NCBI GenBank assembly: GCA_020536535.1
Contig: JAHLWZ010000872.1
Coordinates: 1 to 64,000, forward strand
DNA length: 64,000 bases
Source: Pelomyxa schiedti
Lineage: Eukaryota; Protista; Evosea
Reading direction: 5' to 3'
Every line of letters starts with the position of its first letter. Within the stretch, counting starts at the first letter, position 1. The notes under the pieces are model-generated. The model was not told the DNA's origin. It ran no database searches and was given only the letters and a program-made list of their open reading frames with translations. Made by a program: the position numbers and the translations under genes. Shown here piece after piece: positions 1 through 11,425 of this stretch.

Positions 1-736
1 GTATCTCTCCAACAGTGTTGTTGTGGAAATGCCATTTGTGGAGTATACTGTGCCCATACGCTTCCAACTGTACCTTGACAAGTCAGTCGACAGTGAGGTC
101 ATCGTGGTGCTGAGTCCCCATAATTCTTACTCTGGGAACAGAGCAGATATATTCGTTGTTGACATGGAGCAGACATACAACACAAAGAGCCTGACAATTC
201 TGAGCACCACGACGTGCATGTTCCCGGAGCACATCTTTGAATCTCTCGTTGTTCTGAGGAACTGGCTCCCTCGTTCCCCTGATTATGGTTCCCGTTCATT
301 CTTCGTGAATGCTGTGGTGGCCGATGGTGTGTCTTATAGGCGCAACAAGAAAATGTGCCGCAATGAGTTGTTCCACGTGGAGGAATCAACAGGGACACTG
401 ACACACATGGTCTCCCACATGGTCGATGTGTTCCGAGTGTGTGACTCACTGCTCGGTGTGTCATTTCGCGCAAACAAACAACAGGAGTTGATCAAGTTCT
501 ATCACCGTGACAACCCAACACAACCTCTGAATCTTCCAGGGGGCATGCTGTTCAAATCACACAAGGGCAAAAAGGTGAGGAGATTCTACATTGATTCAGG
601 ATTCATGCTCAATGTGTTTGGCAACTTGATTGATGTCATTGAGCCAACAACAGGGTTCCTCGTCCTCAGCATCACATTTCCTTGTTTCCACTTCATCCAC
701 CACCTCACTCACTTCTCTTGCTTCTTCTCCAACTAA
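1..736 (+). CDS. Family-A hypothetical protein, copy 1 (C-terminal part; 5' end lies outside the window)
   Basis: ORF 23..736 is closely similar to the C-halves of 3292..4650 and 4743..6062 (shared LDKSVDSEVIVV, VDMEQTYNTK, LVVLRNWLPRSP, VFRVCDSLLGVS, KFYHRD, IDV.EPT.GFL). Intronless, stop TAA at 734-736. Confidence 0.85.
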   Translation, partial: YLSNSVVVEMPFVEYTVPIRFQLYLDKSVDSEVIVVLSPHNSYSGNRADIFVVDMEQTYNTKSLTILSTTTCMFPEHIFESLVVLRNWLPRSPDYGSRSFFVNAVVADGVSYRRNKKMCRNELFHVEESTGTLTHMVSHMVDVFRVCDSLLGVSFRANKQQELIKFYHRDNPTQPLNLPGGMLFKSHKGKKVRRFYIDSGFMLNVFGNLIDVIEPTTGFLVLSITFPCFHFIHHLTHFSCFFSN

Positions 737-961
737 TCAGATGATCTGCCATTGAGGCACCTGTGTGCTAGTCAATTTTTTATTTAGTGAGGCAGGGTGA
801 AGCGGCCCGATTTTGCAGGGATGTTTCATTATGGCACGACACATGGCCTCTGATCGTCACTGGGACGGGACGAGACGACGAGGGGAGCCTCGTTTCGTCA
901 TGACGGTAGAACTGCTGCCAGCGTTGTAGGAAAAAAATTGTATTGCAATTTATTGTGCAAG

Positions 962-3230
962 TTAAAAGGTTGAGTTCCTCCAAATGAGGGGATCATGGTC
1001 TCTCAACCACAAACGAGTGGCAAGAGGGAATTGGTAGTGTGGTGCACTGGAACAGAATGCCAGGATGTCATCCATGGTCAGTTGAGGGAACCTCTTCATG
1101 GCCACCTGTGCAATGACTGGTGACTTGCACACGAGTGGAAGGAAACTCTCTTTGACCATGCCTCCTATGAACCCTGGGAACACCTGTTGTATCATTTTCC
1201 ATGTGAACAAATCAATCCACATGAAGGAGTCCTTATCCCACTTGAAGTGAACAATCTGCAACAAAGGCTGTGAGGAATGAATCTGTGTTGTGCATAGGGA
1301 AACGGAAGTGAGAGAGGGTGTTGAGTACCTCATCAAGTGTGATGTGGAACTTGTTGATGAGCCACTCTGCACAGCTCCATTTACCCCCTGAAATCAATTT
1401 CAACAACATTCTGTTGTTGTGGTGGGCAATGTGTTGGTGTTCAAGCTGGAAGTGGTTGATGAGCCACTTGGCCGTTTTGGTGGATTCAATTCCGAATGAA
1501 TTGACCAGGCACCCGGCAACAGACTCTTTGGAGAACTCACCCATGGAAACGATCTTTACAATCTGTGAGAGGGTGCCATGTCGCACACCTTGCTTCAGGA
1601 TGCGTACAAGAAGTCGAGACCTCTTTGGTTCGGAGATGTGGAAGTGTTCCATCAGGAGGATTGCAGTGCTAGATGATGGATTGTTCCCCCAGGATTCAAT
1701 GCACTCCACAATCACCGATTCATCCACACCTTTCATTGAGGAGTGCTTCAGAAACCATTCCATTCCCTCTACTCTTGTGCAATGAATCTTAACCTTCTTG
1801 CACAACTTGACAAAAATGGAACAGGAGATCGTGAAAAGCTTGAGGCTGTTGGAGTTTGGGGGATTCAAAATGTGAAAGGTCTCATCCAACCACGATGCAA
1901 TTGAGGTGTGGTTGCAGGCCAACGAACTGATGAACGAATCGGAGATAACCTCTGGTGAAAGTGACGCCCTTGTTGATAACCACTTGGCAGTCTGCACGTT
2001 GTCTGTTGAGTTTCTGCAGGCTGATTGAAACATTGATGGTGTTGGTGTGAAAGACCGCTCCTCAACGAGCCACTTACAAAACTGAAAACCTTCTGCTCCT
2101 GAACAAAGCCTCTCCAGGTTTTCTTTTGTGGGAGTTGTGAATGAAGGGAATGCGGACATTGCCCACTTCAGAACAGCAAGATTGCAGATACAGATGAATG
2201 GAGGGTGAGGAGGAAAAGAAATTCGTTCGCTGATAACCTGGCACACTTCCACACTCTTGCTTGATTTTCCGCCAAAGCAATACCCAAATATTCTGTAAGA
2301 ACTCGTTTCACCCGCCACAGGAAATGTTTCCAGGCACCACTTCACAACTTCCAGGTTCTCACTCCGGCATGCTCCAGTGTGCAGATCCATCCAAGAACAA
2401 CCCCTCAACTTTGGAACCAAATCAAAGGTGTTCACCAACCACTGAGCCAACTCCAAGTGACCCCCCGTCACAGCGGCTGAAAGTGGCCCAGCAAACTCCC
2501 AAGTCTCCCTCACCACGAACCTCTCGACCACCCACTTTGCCACCTCCACGTGGCCCTTCTCACACACTCCCTTGAGCAGGTCAGAAGACCTCACGTGGTC
2601 ACCCAGACTGCTGTTGTCCACCACACACCCCCCATCGTCATCATCGTCATCCCACCACACCAAACCAAGACCTGCTGCCCAGTCACCACCACAACCACCA
2701 TCACCACGGTCAGGATCCACGAGGCACTGAGCCATCCCCAAGTGGCCACCAACACACAGCCCCTCCAGCACCCGCATAAACACCTTGTTCCCCCTCCTCC
2801 TCAGTCTCCTCCTAGTCTCTTCACCACCCTCGCCGCCACCAACACCATCGGCAGCGGCGGCACACGCTTGTTGTGGGCCCCCTCTCCTCCTGTTCCTCAG
2901 AAGCCAGCCCACGCACAGCCTGCTCCCGGCCTCCGCCGCGCACCTGGCGGCCATGCCCCAGTGCTCCAGCCAGGCCAGCATCGACGTGCACGCGCGCCCG
3001 ACGAGGGGGAACATGGCCTCCGCGACCCCGCACAGTTCCACGCAGTGCTCGAGGCCCACGTGCGCGTCGTCGCTGGGGTCGGGCGACACGACGAGGGACT
3101 CGGGGAGCAGCCAGGGGAGCACCCACTCCCACACGACCATCGACGTAGAAACTGCTCGCGAGACAGACGCCGCTCGGGGCAGCTGGAGGAGGGCCAACTC
3201 GCTCGCATCGTTGGTGCTGCTATGCGTCAT
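962..3230 (-). CDS. Ankyrin-like/alpha-helical repeat protein with degenerate N-terminal family motif; 2 exons (3230-1329, 1255-962)
   Basis: ATG at 3230 (MTHSST). Degenerate ankyrin-type units: LCVGGHLGMAQCLV, VCEKGHVEVAKWVV, AVTGGHLELAQWLV, ACRSENLEVVKWCL. A 73-nt GT..AG intron (1328-1256, phase 0) joins LDE|IVHFKW in frame with ORF 962..1372. Confidence 0.8.
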
Positions 3231-3291
3231 CTTCCGATTTCGGAGAAATCTGCTTCCCACAGTGTGATAACAAGTTGAATTCGGAATTTTG

Positions 3292-4650
3292 ATGACGGGC
3301 TGCACGTCTGCCACAGCAGCAGTGACGACGCGGAGCCAACTTGGAGCACTCGCGGCAGGGGCGACGATCAGTCGGTGCGGGGCCAACAGCGCCATGGTGG
3401 GAGCCATGGGCCACGGCCACGCGACCTCGTTCGTCCGCATGCTGTGGTCCGACTGGGTCCGTCCCACAATCCTGTTCTTCGTGGTCGACGTGAAGGGCTG
3501 CCCGAGCTGGGCCGCCACCAGCTGCGCCGGCCAAGCGGAGTCGACCACCACGGTGTCCTTTGCCCTCTCCCCGTTGCTCCTCAGCGTCGCCCTCGCCCCC
3601 GCGCCTCCCCCTGCGTGCATCGAGCCCACCGCGTTTAACACCAGGAGGGTCGACAGCGGCCGCGTCGCCGACGTGCGGTTTCATGGTGATCAGTATCTTC
3701 CCGTTGTGTGGGTAAGGGACGTGCACTCCTCTCGCCTCCCCGGAGGAGCAGGCGGGGTCGCGGTGGCCCGCGGGCGCTATGGGCGGCCCTATGCGTATGA
3801 TGTGAACTCCAAGTGGGCTGCCATGGTGTCATTTCCTACTTGCAAAAGAGGGGCTGACGCTGGGAAGGCGGAATTGACTGTTGCGTCATTGAGCAGGGCG
3901 AGATCTGTTGATGACCACACAGGCATGGAGTTCCTTTCCCACAGTGTTGTTGTGGAAATGCCATTTGTGGAATCCACTGGGCACAACCTCTGCCACATGT
4001 ACCTTGACAAGTCAGTCGACAGCGAGGTTATCGTGGTGCAGTGCATCCACGGGGAATACTCTGGGAACATAGCGGTGATATTCGTTGTGGACATGGAGCA
4101 GACATACAACACAAAGAGACTGACAGTTCTGAGCACCACCACGTTCAAATTCCCGGCGCACTACTTTAGATCCCTCGTTGTTCTGAGGAACTGGCTCCCT
4201 CGTTCCCCTGGTTATGGGTCACGCACATTCTTCGTGACCACGTTCCACAGAGATAGTCTCAGTTCTAGCCACCTTAAACCAAGCCACAATGAGGTGTTCC
4301 GCGTTGAGGAGTTGACAGGAAATTTCACGCACGTGATCTCCAACGTGATTGACGTGTTCAGAGTGTGTGACTCGCTGCTTGGTGTGTCATACAGATTAGA
4401 CGAAGAGCAGGAGTTGATCAAGTTCTATCACCGTGACGACCCAACACGACCTTTGCATCTTCCAGGGAGCATGAGTTACGAATCACACAAGGGCAAAACG
4501 ATCTCAGCAGGTTCGGGGTTCGTGTTCAGTGCGTTTATCAACTTGATTGATGTGTTTGATCCAACATCAGGGTTCCTCATCCTCACCATCACTCTCAGCA
4601 GCCGCGACAACATCGTGTGTGTCACACACTCCTCTTTCTTCTTGAACTGA
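3292..4650 (+). CDS. Family-A hypothetical protein, copy 2 (N-terminal RCG motif plus beta-rich C-terminal domain)
   Basis: Intronless ORF of about 452 aa, ATG 3292; paralogous to copies 1 and 3; GC-rich 5' half. Confidence 0.85.
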   Translation: MTGCTSATAAVTTRSQLGALAAGATISRCGANSAMVGAMGHGHATSFVRMLWSDWVRPTILFFVVDVKGCPSWAATSCAGQAESTTTVSFALSPLLLSVALAPAPPPACIEPTAFNTRRVDSGRVADVRFHGDQYLPVVWVRDVHSSRLPGGAGGVAVARGRYGRPYAYDVNSKWAAMVSFPTCKRGADAGKAELTVASLSRARSVDDHTGMEFLSHSVVVEMPFVESTGHNLCHMYLDKSVDSEVIVVQCIHGEYSGNIAVIFVVDMEQTYNTKRLTVLSTTTFKFPAHYFRSLVVLRNWLPRSPGYGSRTFFVTTFHRDSLSSSHLKPSHNEVFRVEELTGNFTHVISNVIDVFRVCDSLLGVSYRLDEEQELIKFYHRDDPTRPLHLPGSMSYESHKGKTISAGSGFVFSAFINLIDVFDPTSGFLILTITLSSRDNIVCVTHSSFFLN

Positions 4651-4742
4651 AAAAAAAAAGAACCGCGGATCTTCAAAGAAAAGGGAATGACTAGGAAATT
4701 GATTTCCAAGAACCAGTGCACTGGGCACCACGGAACTCGAAG

Positions 4743-6062
4743 ATGGACCAAGTGGCAGCAGTGGCAGCGGTGACGACGCGGAGCCAACTTGGAGCACTCG
4801 CGGCAGGGGCGACGATCAGTCGGTGCGGGGCCAACAGCGCCATGGTGGGAGTTATGGGTCACGGCCACGCGACCTCGTTCGTCCGCATGCTGTGGTTCGA
4901 CTGGCTCCGTCCCACAATTCGGTTCTTCGTGGTCGAAGTCTCCGACGACACCTCCATTTCCTTTGCCCTCTCGCCCCTGCTCCTCAGCGTCGCCCGCGCG
5001 CCGTCGCCGCCCCCGGCCCGCGCCTTCCCGACCCCAGGAGACTTATGGGTCGACATAAGCCGCGTTGCCGACGTCCGCTTCGGCGTTCTGAGGCTCAGGC
5101 ACGTGCAATCCGGCCGCGGAGGCGGCGTGGCCGTGGCACAGAGCCCCCCTCGGTGTACATTCGCGTACGGGGTGAATTCCAAGTGGGCTGCCATGTTGGC
5201 CGAGTCTGGCTTTGGGCATTCTTGTTGCGGCGCCACGTTGACTGTTGCGTCACTGGCTGGGCTTGAGTGTCAGCCTTCTGTCAATGACACAGGCTCGGAT
5301 TTCTTTGCCTACCGAGGGGGCGCTGGATGGCCACTTGTCAACAGCTTCGCTGTGGAAATACCATCTCTGCAGTCCCCTGGCCCCCGCCAGGTCCGGATGC
5401 ACCTGGACAAGTCAGTTGACAGGGAGGTTATCGTGGTGCAGCAAGCACAGAAGAATCATTACCAGAACATAGCGGTGATACTCGTCGTTGATATGGAGCA
5501 GACATACAACACGAAGAGCCTGGCAATTCTGAGCACCACAACGTGCACGTTCCCAGTGAGCTACTCCTTCGAATCTCTCGTTGTTCTGAGGAACTCGCTC
5601 CCTCGTTCCCCTGGTTATGGGTCCCGTTCATTCTTCGTGACCATCGTCCATACAGAAAGTGTCTATTCAAGCCACTCTCAGCCAAGCAACAATGAGGTGT
5701 TCCGCGTTGAGGAGTCGACAACAAATTTCACAAACATGCTCTCCAACGTGGCTCATGTGTTCAGAGTGTGTGACTCACTGCTCGGTGTGTCATACAACAT
5801 AAACAAAAAGCAGGAGTGTATCCAGTTCTATCACCGTGACGACCCAACACGACCTCTGAATCTTCCAGGGAGCATGATCTACGAATCACACAAGGGCAAA
5901 AAGGTGCGAACATTCTCAGCAGATTCGGGGTTCGTGTTCAGTGTGTTTGGCAACATGATTGATGTAATTGAGCCAACCTCAGGGTTCCTCGTCCTCACCA
6001 TCACATTCAGCAGCCTCGACAACATCGCGTGTGTCACGCACTTCTCGTTCTTCTTGAACTGA
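4743..6062 (+). CDS. Family-A hypothetical protein, copy 3
   Basis: Intronless ORF, first ATG 4743 (MDQVAA). N-terminal ~50 codons nearly identical to copy 2; C-terminus ends VTHFSFFLN like copies 1 and 2. Confidence 0.85.
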   Translation: MDQVAAVAAVTTRSQLGALAAGATISRCGANSAMVGVMGHGHATSFVRMLWFDWLRPTIRFFVVEVSDDTSISFALSPLLLSVARAPSPPPARAFPTPGDLWVDISRVADVRFGVLRLRHVQSGRGGGVAVAQSPPRCTFAYGVNSKWAAMLAESGFGHSCCGATLTVASLAGLECQPSVNDTGSDFFAYRGGAGWPLVNSFAVEIPSLQSPGPRQVRMHLDKSVDREVIVVQQAQKNHYQNIAVILVVDMEQTYNTKSLAILSTTTCTFPVSYSFESLVVLRNSLPRSPGYGSRSFFVTIVHTESVYSSHSQPSNNEVFRVEESTTNFTNMLSNVAHVFRVCDSLLGVSYNINKKQECIQFYHRDDPTRPLNLPGSMIYESHKGKKVRTFSADSGFVFSVFGNMIDVIEPTSGFLVLTITFSSLDNIACVTHFSFFLN

Positions 6063-6240
6063 AAAAAAACATGATGAGATCTTCCTGCGCTTCGGCGTTG
6101 ATTCTGTTTTCGAAAAAAGCAAAAGGGATAAAAACAACCCGAAGGTGCTGCGACTCAAAAATATCGTAGTGTTCGTGGGGGGCAAAGTCGAGGAGCAAAA
6201 TAAAACAACCAAACCAAGGCACGCACACACAGATCTGGGG

Positions 6241-9200
6241 ATGTGGGCGCAGTACTACGCGTCGGCGTACGGGTACGGGGCGCCGATGGGGGTGATGTCT
6301 GCGATGGTGCCGCAGGGGATGCACGGGGGCGTGGGGATGCAGGGGCACGTGGTGGGGCACGCGCAGACGGCGGCGATGATGTACCCGCAGCCGCCGCCGC
6401 CGCCGCAGCAGCACCCACAATCGGTTGTCGGGGCCTCCGCCGTGCAACAGCAACAGCAGCAGAACTACGGGGGGTTCGCCCCTGTGCGCCGCCAGATGGA
6501 TTACTTCGAAGACCCATCTATCATGGTTTGTATTATATATATATATATTTTATGTTGTTGGGCTGTTTGTTTGTTTGGTTTCTAGAAGGGTGTTTTTTTT
6601 TTAATGTTGGTTGGTTGCTGTTTTTCTTGTTTTCTTTCTTTGGCTTTTGTTTGTTTGTTTGTTTGTTTGTTTGTTTGTTTGTTTGTTTGTTTGTTTGTTT
6701 GTTTGTTTGTTTGTTTGTTTGTTTGTTTGTTTGTTTGTTTGTTTGTTTGTTTGTTTGTTTGTTTGTTTTGGCTATGTATTATCGTCATTCTGTTTGTAAA
6801 GAAAATGAAACAGAATCCATATGGTGAGCCGGAAAATGATGAAAACGGTAGTCTGAATGATGATGGAACTTATGCAAACGAAGAAGACTATTCTCTTCCT
6901 CAGCCCCAACTGTATGATGACTACCAATTCGCCGTCCCCCCTACACGGCCCTCGCCACCAGGGTCACCACCACTTTCACCTAACAGAGGCTATCCATACA
7001 CACCTTATCGCGCACATCAAAACGGGAACATCACTTCAAATCAACCACTTTCACCACAGCGAATTACCTCCCCCCCAACATCGCCGACCAGAGTGGGATC
7101 TCCCAATCCAACAACTGTAACAAGAGGAGCTTACCAATCACCTCAGCGGCTAGATTCGCCTAAATCCCCCAGCGCCAATTCTAAAACAGCAAGTCCTCTC
7201 TCCGCATCAATGAAATCTAAGTACCCAAATTGCAAATTTGACCAGAATCTAACTGAGTCGGACACCTGGACTGGTATCGACTTGAGGTTCCTCCACACAA
7301 CCAAACTCAGTTATCTAAAAAGTTGTGTAGTTCTTGTGGGCTCTATTCTTTGAGCAAATCAATTGCCAATTATGTACATTTGACAGCCCTTTTCCTCCAG
7401 AAGAATAACTTTTCATCACTTCCAGGTTCTTTTGTAAAAGCTTTATCACCCTTTCTCAAACCAACTTATCTAGAATGGGTCACTATGCTAACCAACTTGA
7501 CGCATTTAGACGTGTCACATAACCAGCTACAGGTTGTGACACCGCTAATCGATAGATTGCAGCACCTCACCCACCTCGACCTATCTCACAACAAATTGAA
7601 TGCACTTCCTCCTGAAGTTGGCCACCTGTTCAGGTATTTATGAATAACCAGTAGTAAGAATTCACAAGCTGCAATAGACTAAAAAAGTTTGATGTTTCGG
7701 ACAATCCCATGAATATCGTGCTGAGAGATACCTCCTTGTTTGTGCATTTCAGAGATAGACTTCCAGGTCATTTTTCAACCATGAATCTGTGTAATCTGAG
7801 ACGTTACAGCACCTCCCCCACCTCCCACAAGAGAATGGCTAGTTTCTGACAATATTATCAGAGAACCAAATAAAGAACTCGAGTCATTCACAGTAATGAG
7901 GCACCTTTCTCTAAAACGAAATTGTCCACAAGCTCAATTCTTCTCAGCTACAATATACTTGCTGATATGTATGCTTCTCCGGAAACGTACCGCTATTGTC
8001 CACCATGGGCACTTGATTGGAACAACCGGAAAAAACTAGTACTAGAGCAAATAAAAGCACTGTCCCCCGCAGTAATCTGTCTTCAAGTAAGCTGTTATGC
8101 AAACATTCCCTTTTCTAATATGTTTCCAGGAAGTAGAGACAAAACAATTCGTTGATTTCTTCCTTCCAAGTTTGACTGCGGTATCTCCCACAAAGAACGT
8201 CTCATAATATTGACTTTTTTACCAGATTGGCTACACTGGTGTTTTTAAACCTAAATCGAGAGCAAGACATGTTATAGAGAATTCCAAGGTCGATGGATGT
8301 TGTATATTTTTCCAAACAACAAAGTTGGCTCCCCAAGTCAATATGCTTATTTAACAATCAACCAGATTCTCTCTTGTCGACACGATTCTCATCGAGTTCC
8401 AGTCTCTCAGCATGACCCACTTCGGCAGCTGCTCTCCCACTACAGTGCCTTTAACACCGGATGTCTTTGAAAGAATTTTATCACGGGACAATATCGCTTT
8501 ATTAACTGTACTCAAAGTAACTCTCAGAAGGGATTTTTTTGGGTACTTATTTCTTTACTAGTCGAATAAAACTGGAAGACTTATAATTGTTTCCACAACT
8601 CACATTCACTGGTACCATTCGCTCTTTACTTGCAATTTTTTCACTGTCAATCTCAGGGACCCAAGCAGTAGTGATGTGAAACTCATTCAATCACAATTCC
8701 TGGTTGAAGAGATTGCATCTGTAAAGGCAAACATAGAAAAAGTTGTCTCTGCAAAGCAAATACAAGAGTCTAACCATCTCCACAGTCTGGTAACATGGAT
8801 GTCCCTGTCATTGTTGCAGGTGACTTCAATTCCACCCCAGTATCGGGTGTATATTCTTTCCTTCGAGATGGGCATCTTGCTCCAAGTAAGTGTCATACCT
8901 TTAAGTAGTTCCCACAGAGGCGTAAATAAGATCATCCTGACTTCAATGGATTTAAGTACGGTGACTATAGTATCAAGGGATTAACTCACAATCTCCAATT
9001 CGCTTCGGCTTACTCCAATTTCGGGGAACCTCCCTACACGAACTTTTCATCTGGTTTACAAACCCCTGAAAAAAACCTACTCCCGCACCTAACACCACCA
9101 CAGAATTCTCCGGCTGCATTGACTACATATGGCACACCACACCAAACACGGCTGTCACCAGCGTTCTTCCGGTTTTATCCAAGGAGGTAGTGTCACAGCA

Positions 9201-9495
9201 AAAGATACCCTTCCCGAATGCCGTGACACCATCGGACCACGTTTTCATTGCCGCGAACTTCTCCTGGCTGTCATCATCCCCCGGCACCACCGCTCCCAAT
9301 TCAACAGCACCCCCCAAACCCGTCACATCCACATCCGCTTCTACATCCACAAGCAACAGTAACAGCAGCAGTAATAGCGGCGGTACTGCCGCAGCACCAA
9401 CAACTACAGCAACTGCAACAAATTCCGATTCGACTTCCGAGAAGTCCTCTGGCACCGCACCTGCACCCGCACCAACGCCCTCATCATCGGAGTGA
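6241..9495 (+). CDS. CCR4: CCR4-NOT deadenylase subunit CCR4/CNOT6 (low-complexity N-terminus, LRR, EEP nuclease domain), multi-exon
   Basis: LRRs (LTHLDVSHNQL, LTHLDLSHNKLNALPPEVG) followed by EEP motifs SYNILADMYA, WALDWNNRK, ICLQ|EV, GDFNSTPVSGVYSFLRDGHL, CIDYIW and PSDH. Confidence 0.93.
6649..6768. repeat. (GTTT)30 microsatellite in the first CCR4 intron
   Basis: Direct count of perfect GTTT units. Confidence 0.95.
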
Positions 9496-9701
9496 GCACT
9501 CACTCTACTGTGAGTGAGCCTCCGCTTCCCGAAGCTGTGACTCTACGATGCCATCATTGTGGGCGTAACCTCCCCCCTTTGCTCAGCAGCTCACTATCAC
9601 CTGCTCCCACAATCCGCTGTGCCCGTGCCTGCCTCTTGTAAATTTTTGTCCTGATGGTAAAAAAGTTGCTCTTCATGGTTTGTGTACAAAAAAGAAAAAA
9701 A

Positions 9702-9801
9702 NNNNNNNNNNNNNNNNNNNNNNNNNNNNNNNNNNNNNNNNNNNNNNNNNNNNNNNNNNNNNNNNNNNNNNNNNNNNNNNNNNNNNNNNNNNNNNNNNNN
9801 N
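9702..9801. other. Assembly gap (100 N) flanked by the same 121-bp sequence (9581-9701 = 9802-9922)
   Basis: Direct sequence comparison. Confidence 0.95.
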
Positions 9802-9953
9802 GCTCAGCAGCTCACTATCACCTGCTCCCACAATCCGCTGTGCCCGTGCCTGCCTCTTGTAAATTTTTGTCCTGATGGTAAAAAAGTTGCTCTTCATGGT
9901 TTGTGTACAAAAAAGAAAAAAACATTTCTGTGAGCGATTTTTTCAGGCTAGGT

Positions 9954-10042
9954 GGCTGAATAAAAAAAACACCAGACCGCCGATCCTGAGCGCTGACAAA
10001 GAAAATGACAGCGTTCCGGTCTGTTGATTATTTTATTCAGCC
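9954..10042. mobile_element. Candidate 89-bp MITE-like element or structured hairpin (12-bp TIR GGCTGAATAAAA, 4-bp flanking direct repeat AGGT)
   Basis: 9954-9965 is the reverse complement of 10031-10042; AGGT at 9950-9953 and 10043-10046; two further internal helices. No second copy seen in the window. Confidence 0.4.
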
Positions 10043-10240
10043 AGGTGAAGAAACAACGGGGCAACTGCAGTTTTGGGAACTTCCCATCAAAAAAATAGGG
10101 TTAATTTGTATACTCCTTGTTCCTTGTAGTACCTTTATGTGGTATGTAGTTATGACGCTTATGGAACAAACAAAAAGTGCTTCCCAAACAAGCTCTTCTT
10201 TCTCATTTACTCCTCCATGTTGGGGTTGTGGCCAACGAGT

Positions 10241-11365
10241 TCAGCAGCAGGAAGTTTGAGGTGGTGGTGCGTGCCTGGGGACTGTGGTGGGGAAATGATG
10301 AGGGTCAGGGCCTCGGCCAAGAATCCCTGTAACCATTTGTGTGAGGGCAGCTTCCACGTTGTTGCCGGTCAGGGCCGAACACTCTCTGTTGAAATTCAAT
10401 AGAATTTCTATGAGCTGAATGAGAGATTTTTAATTTGGAGATACATATAGGGCATCTGGAATTGGTCTGCAAAGGTTTGTGCTGTCTCGGTTGGAATCAA
10501 TCGGCGGCTCTCTAGGTCACACTTGGTGTTGTAAGAATATTGAAATTAACAACGCCAGATACCTTGTTTCCAACGAGCATGTAGCAAACTTCTGGGTTAT
10601 TATCGATTCCTTTCAGCCATTGCAAGCAATGGTCAAAAGAATCCTGAGATGTGATATCACTGATTTTATGATTAATAACAGGGTAGTTACTGCGAACCCC
10701 ACAATACAATGAAAATGCCAGATGCATTTCTGGTGTCTATATTGAGTCATATTCTCTACAGTACAAAAGAAATAATTACACATTGGCGGCATTGCGCGAT
10801 GTGCGATATATCTGTGAGGTAGTTAGTGGTTTTATGATGTATTTAGAACATACCTCTCCTGCCCTGCAGTGTCCCACTAATTATATATGTCATTCCTAAA
10901 TTAGTTGAGGTCAATCAAAATGGCAGGGTGAAACAAGTTCCAGTGTAACAGGCTTTGAGTCAACAACCAGTTTCCGGGGTGTCTATTATAAGTAGAGTTG
11001 ACACATAGGTGAGAGGAAGGAAGCAGGAAAAAGAGTGAGCACGTAAGTAGATGATACACAGTCATCCCTCTTGTACGCTGTTCCATACTGCAAAATCATA
11101 AGCAACTGAGAGTGTAAGAAAGTATCCCCCGCATACAATGCTTCTGGTGTACAAAGATGCTTGTGTTTTAATGAGTTACAGTGAGTAAACACAACAAAGT
11201 GACACACAGTGTGCAACCAACGACAGCTACAAGCACCAACTTACTTTTTCCAACAGAACAGTCCCCAAGATAAACCACCTTGGCAGAAAATTCCCTACCA
11301 ACGTGTTACTCCAAACTGAAACACAAAGTGATGTCATCACAGTCTACCCGACACCCACGCTCATC
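10241..11365 (-). CDS. Rab-family small GTPase, divergent, paralogue 1 (multi-exon; start approximate)
   Basis: Spliced motifs KVVYLGDCSVGK, VTLEL|WDTAGQER, YTRNASGIFIVF|DITSQDSF, MLVGNK|CDL, ECSALTG; C-terminal CC prenylation motif (TSCC*, stop 10241). Confidence 0.9.
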
Positions 11366-11425
11366 GTTCGTGATGATGGGAAAAAATACAAAAGTGATGG
11401 TGCTGTTGGTTCAAAGAAAGTGCAT

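Noticed and set aside
1233-1372. Apparent frameshift or pseudogenisation at the 3' end of the ankyrin-like gene
   Set aside because: Explained by a canonical 73-nt GT..AG intron (1328-1256) that joins the two ORFs in frame.
2550-3832. Many overlapping Arg/Pro/Ala-rich ORFs on both strands (also at 13100-13660, 18300-18850, 33400-34030, 54850-55460)
   Set aside because: Shadow ORFs of GC-rich first exons, where stop codons are rare; one frame in each case carries the recognisable protein.
6582-6827. ORFs with LFVC / NKQT repeats
   Set aside because: Translations of the intronic (GTTT)n microsatellite.
9581-9922. Direct repeat flanking the first N gap
   Set aside because: It is exactly 121 bp, the same length as at the other two gaps, which points to a k-mer overlap from the assembler rather than a biological repeat.
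9985-10020. Possible SECIS element (stem with an AAA-rich apical loop)
   Set aside because: No AUGA/GA quartet in the right geometry on either strand, and no in-frame UGA selenoprotein next to it.
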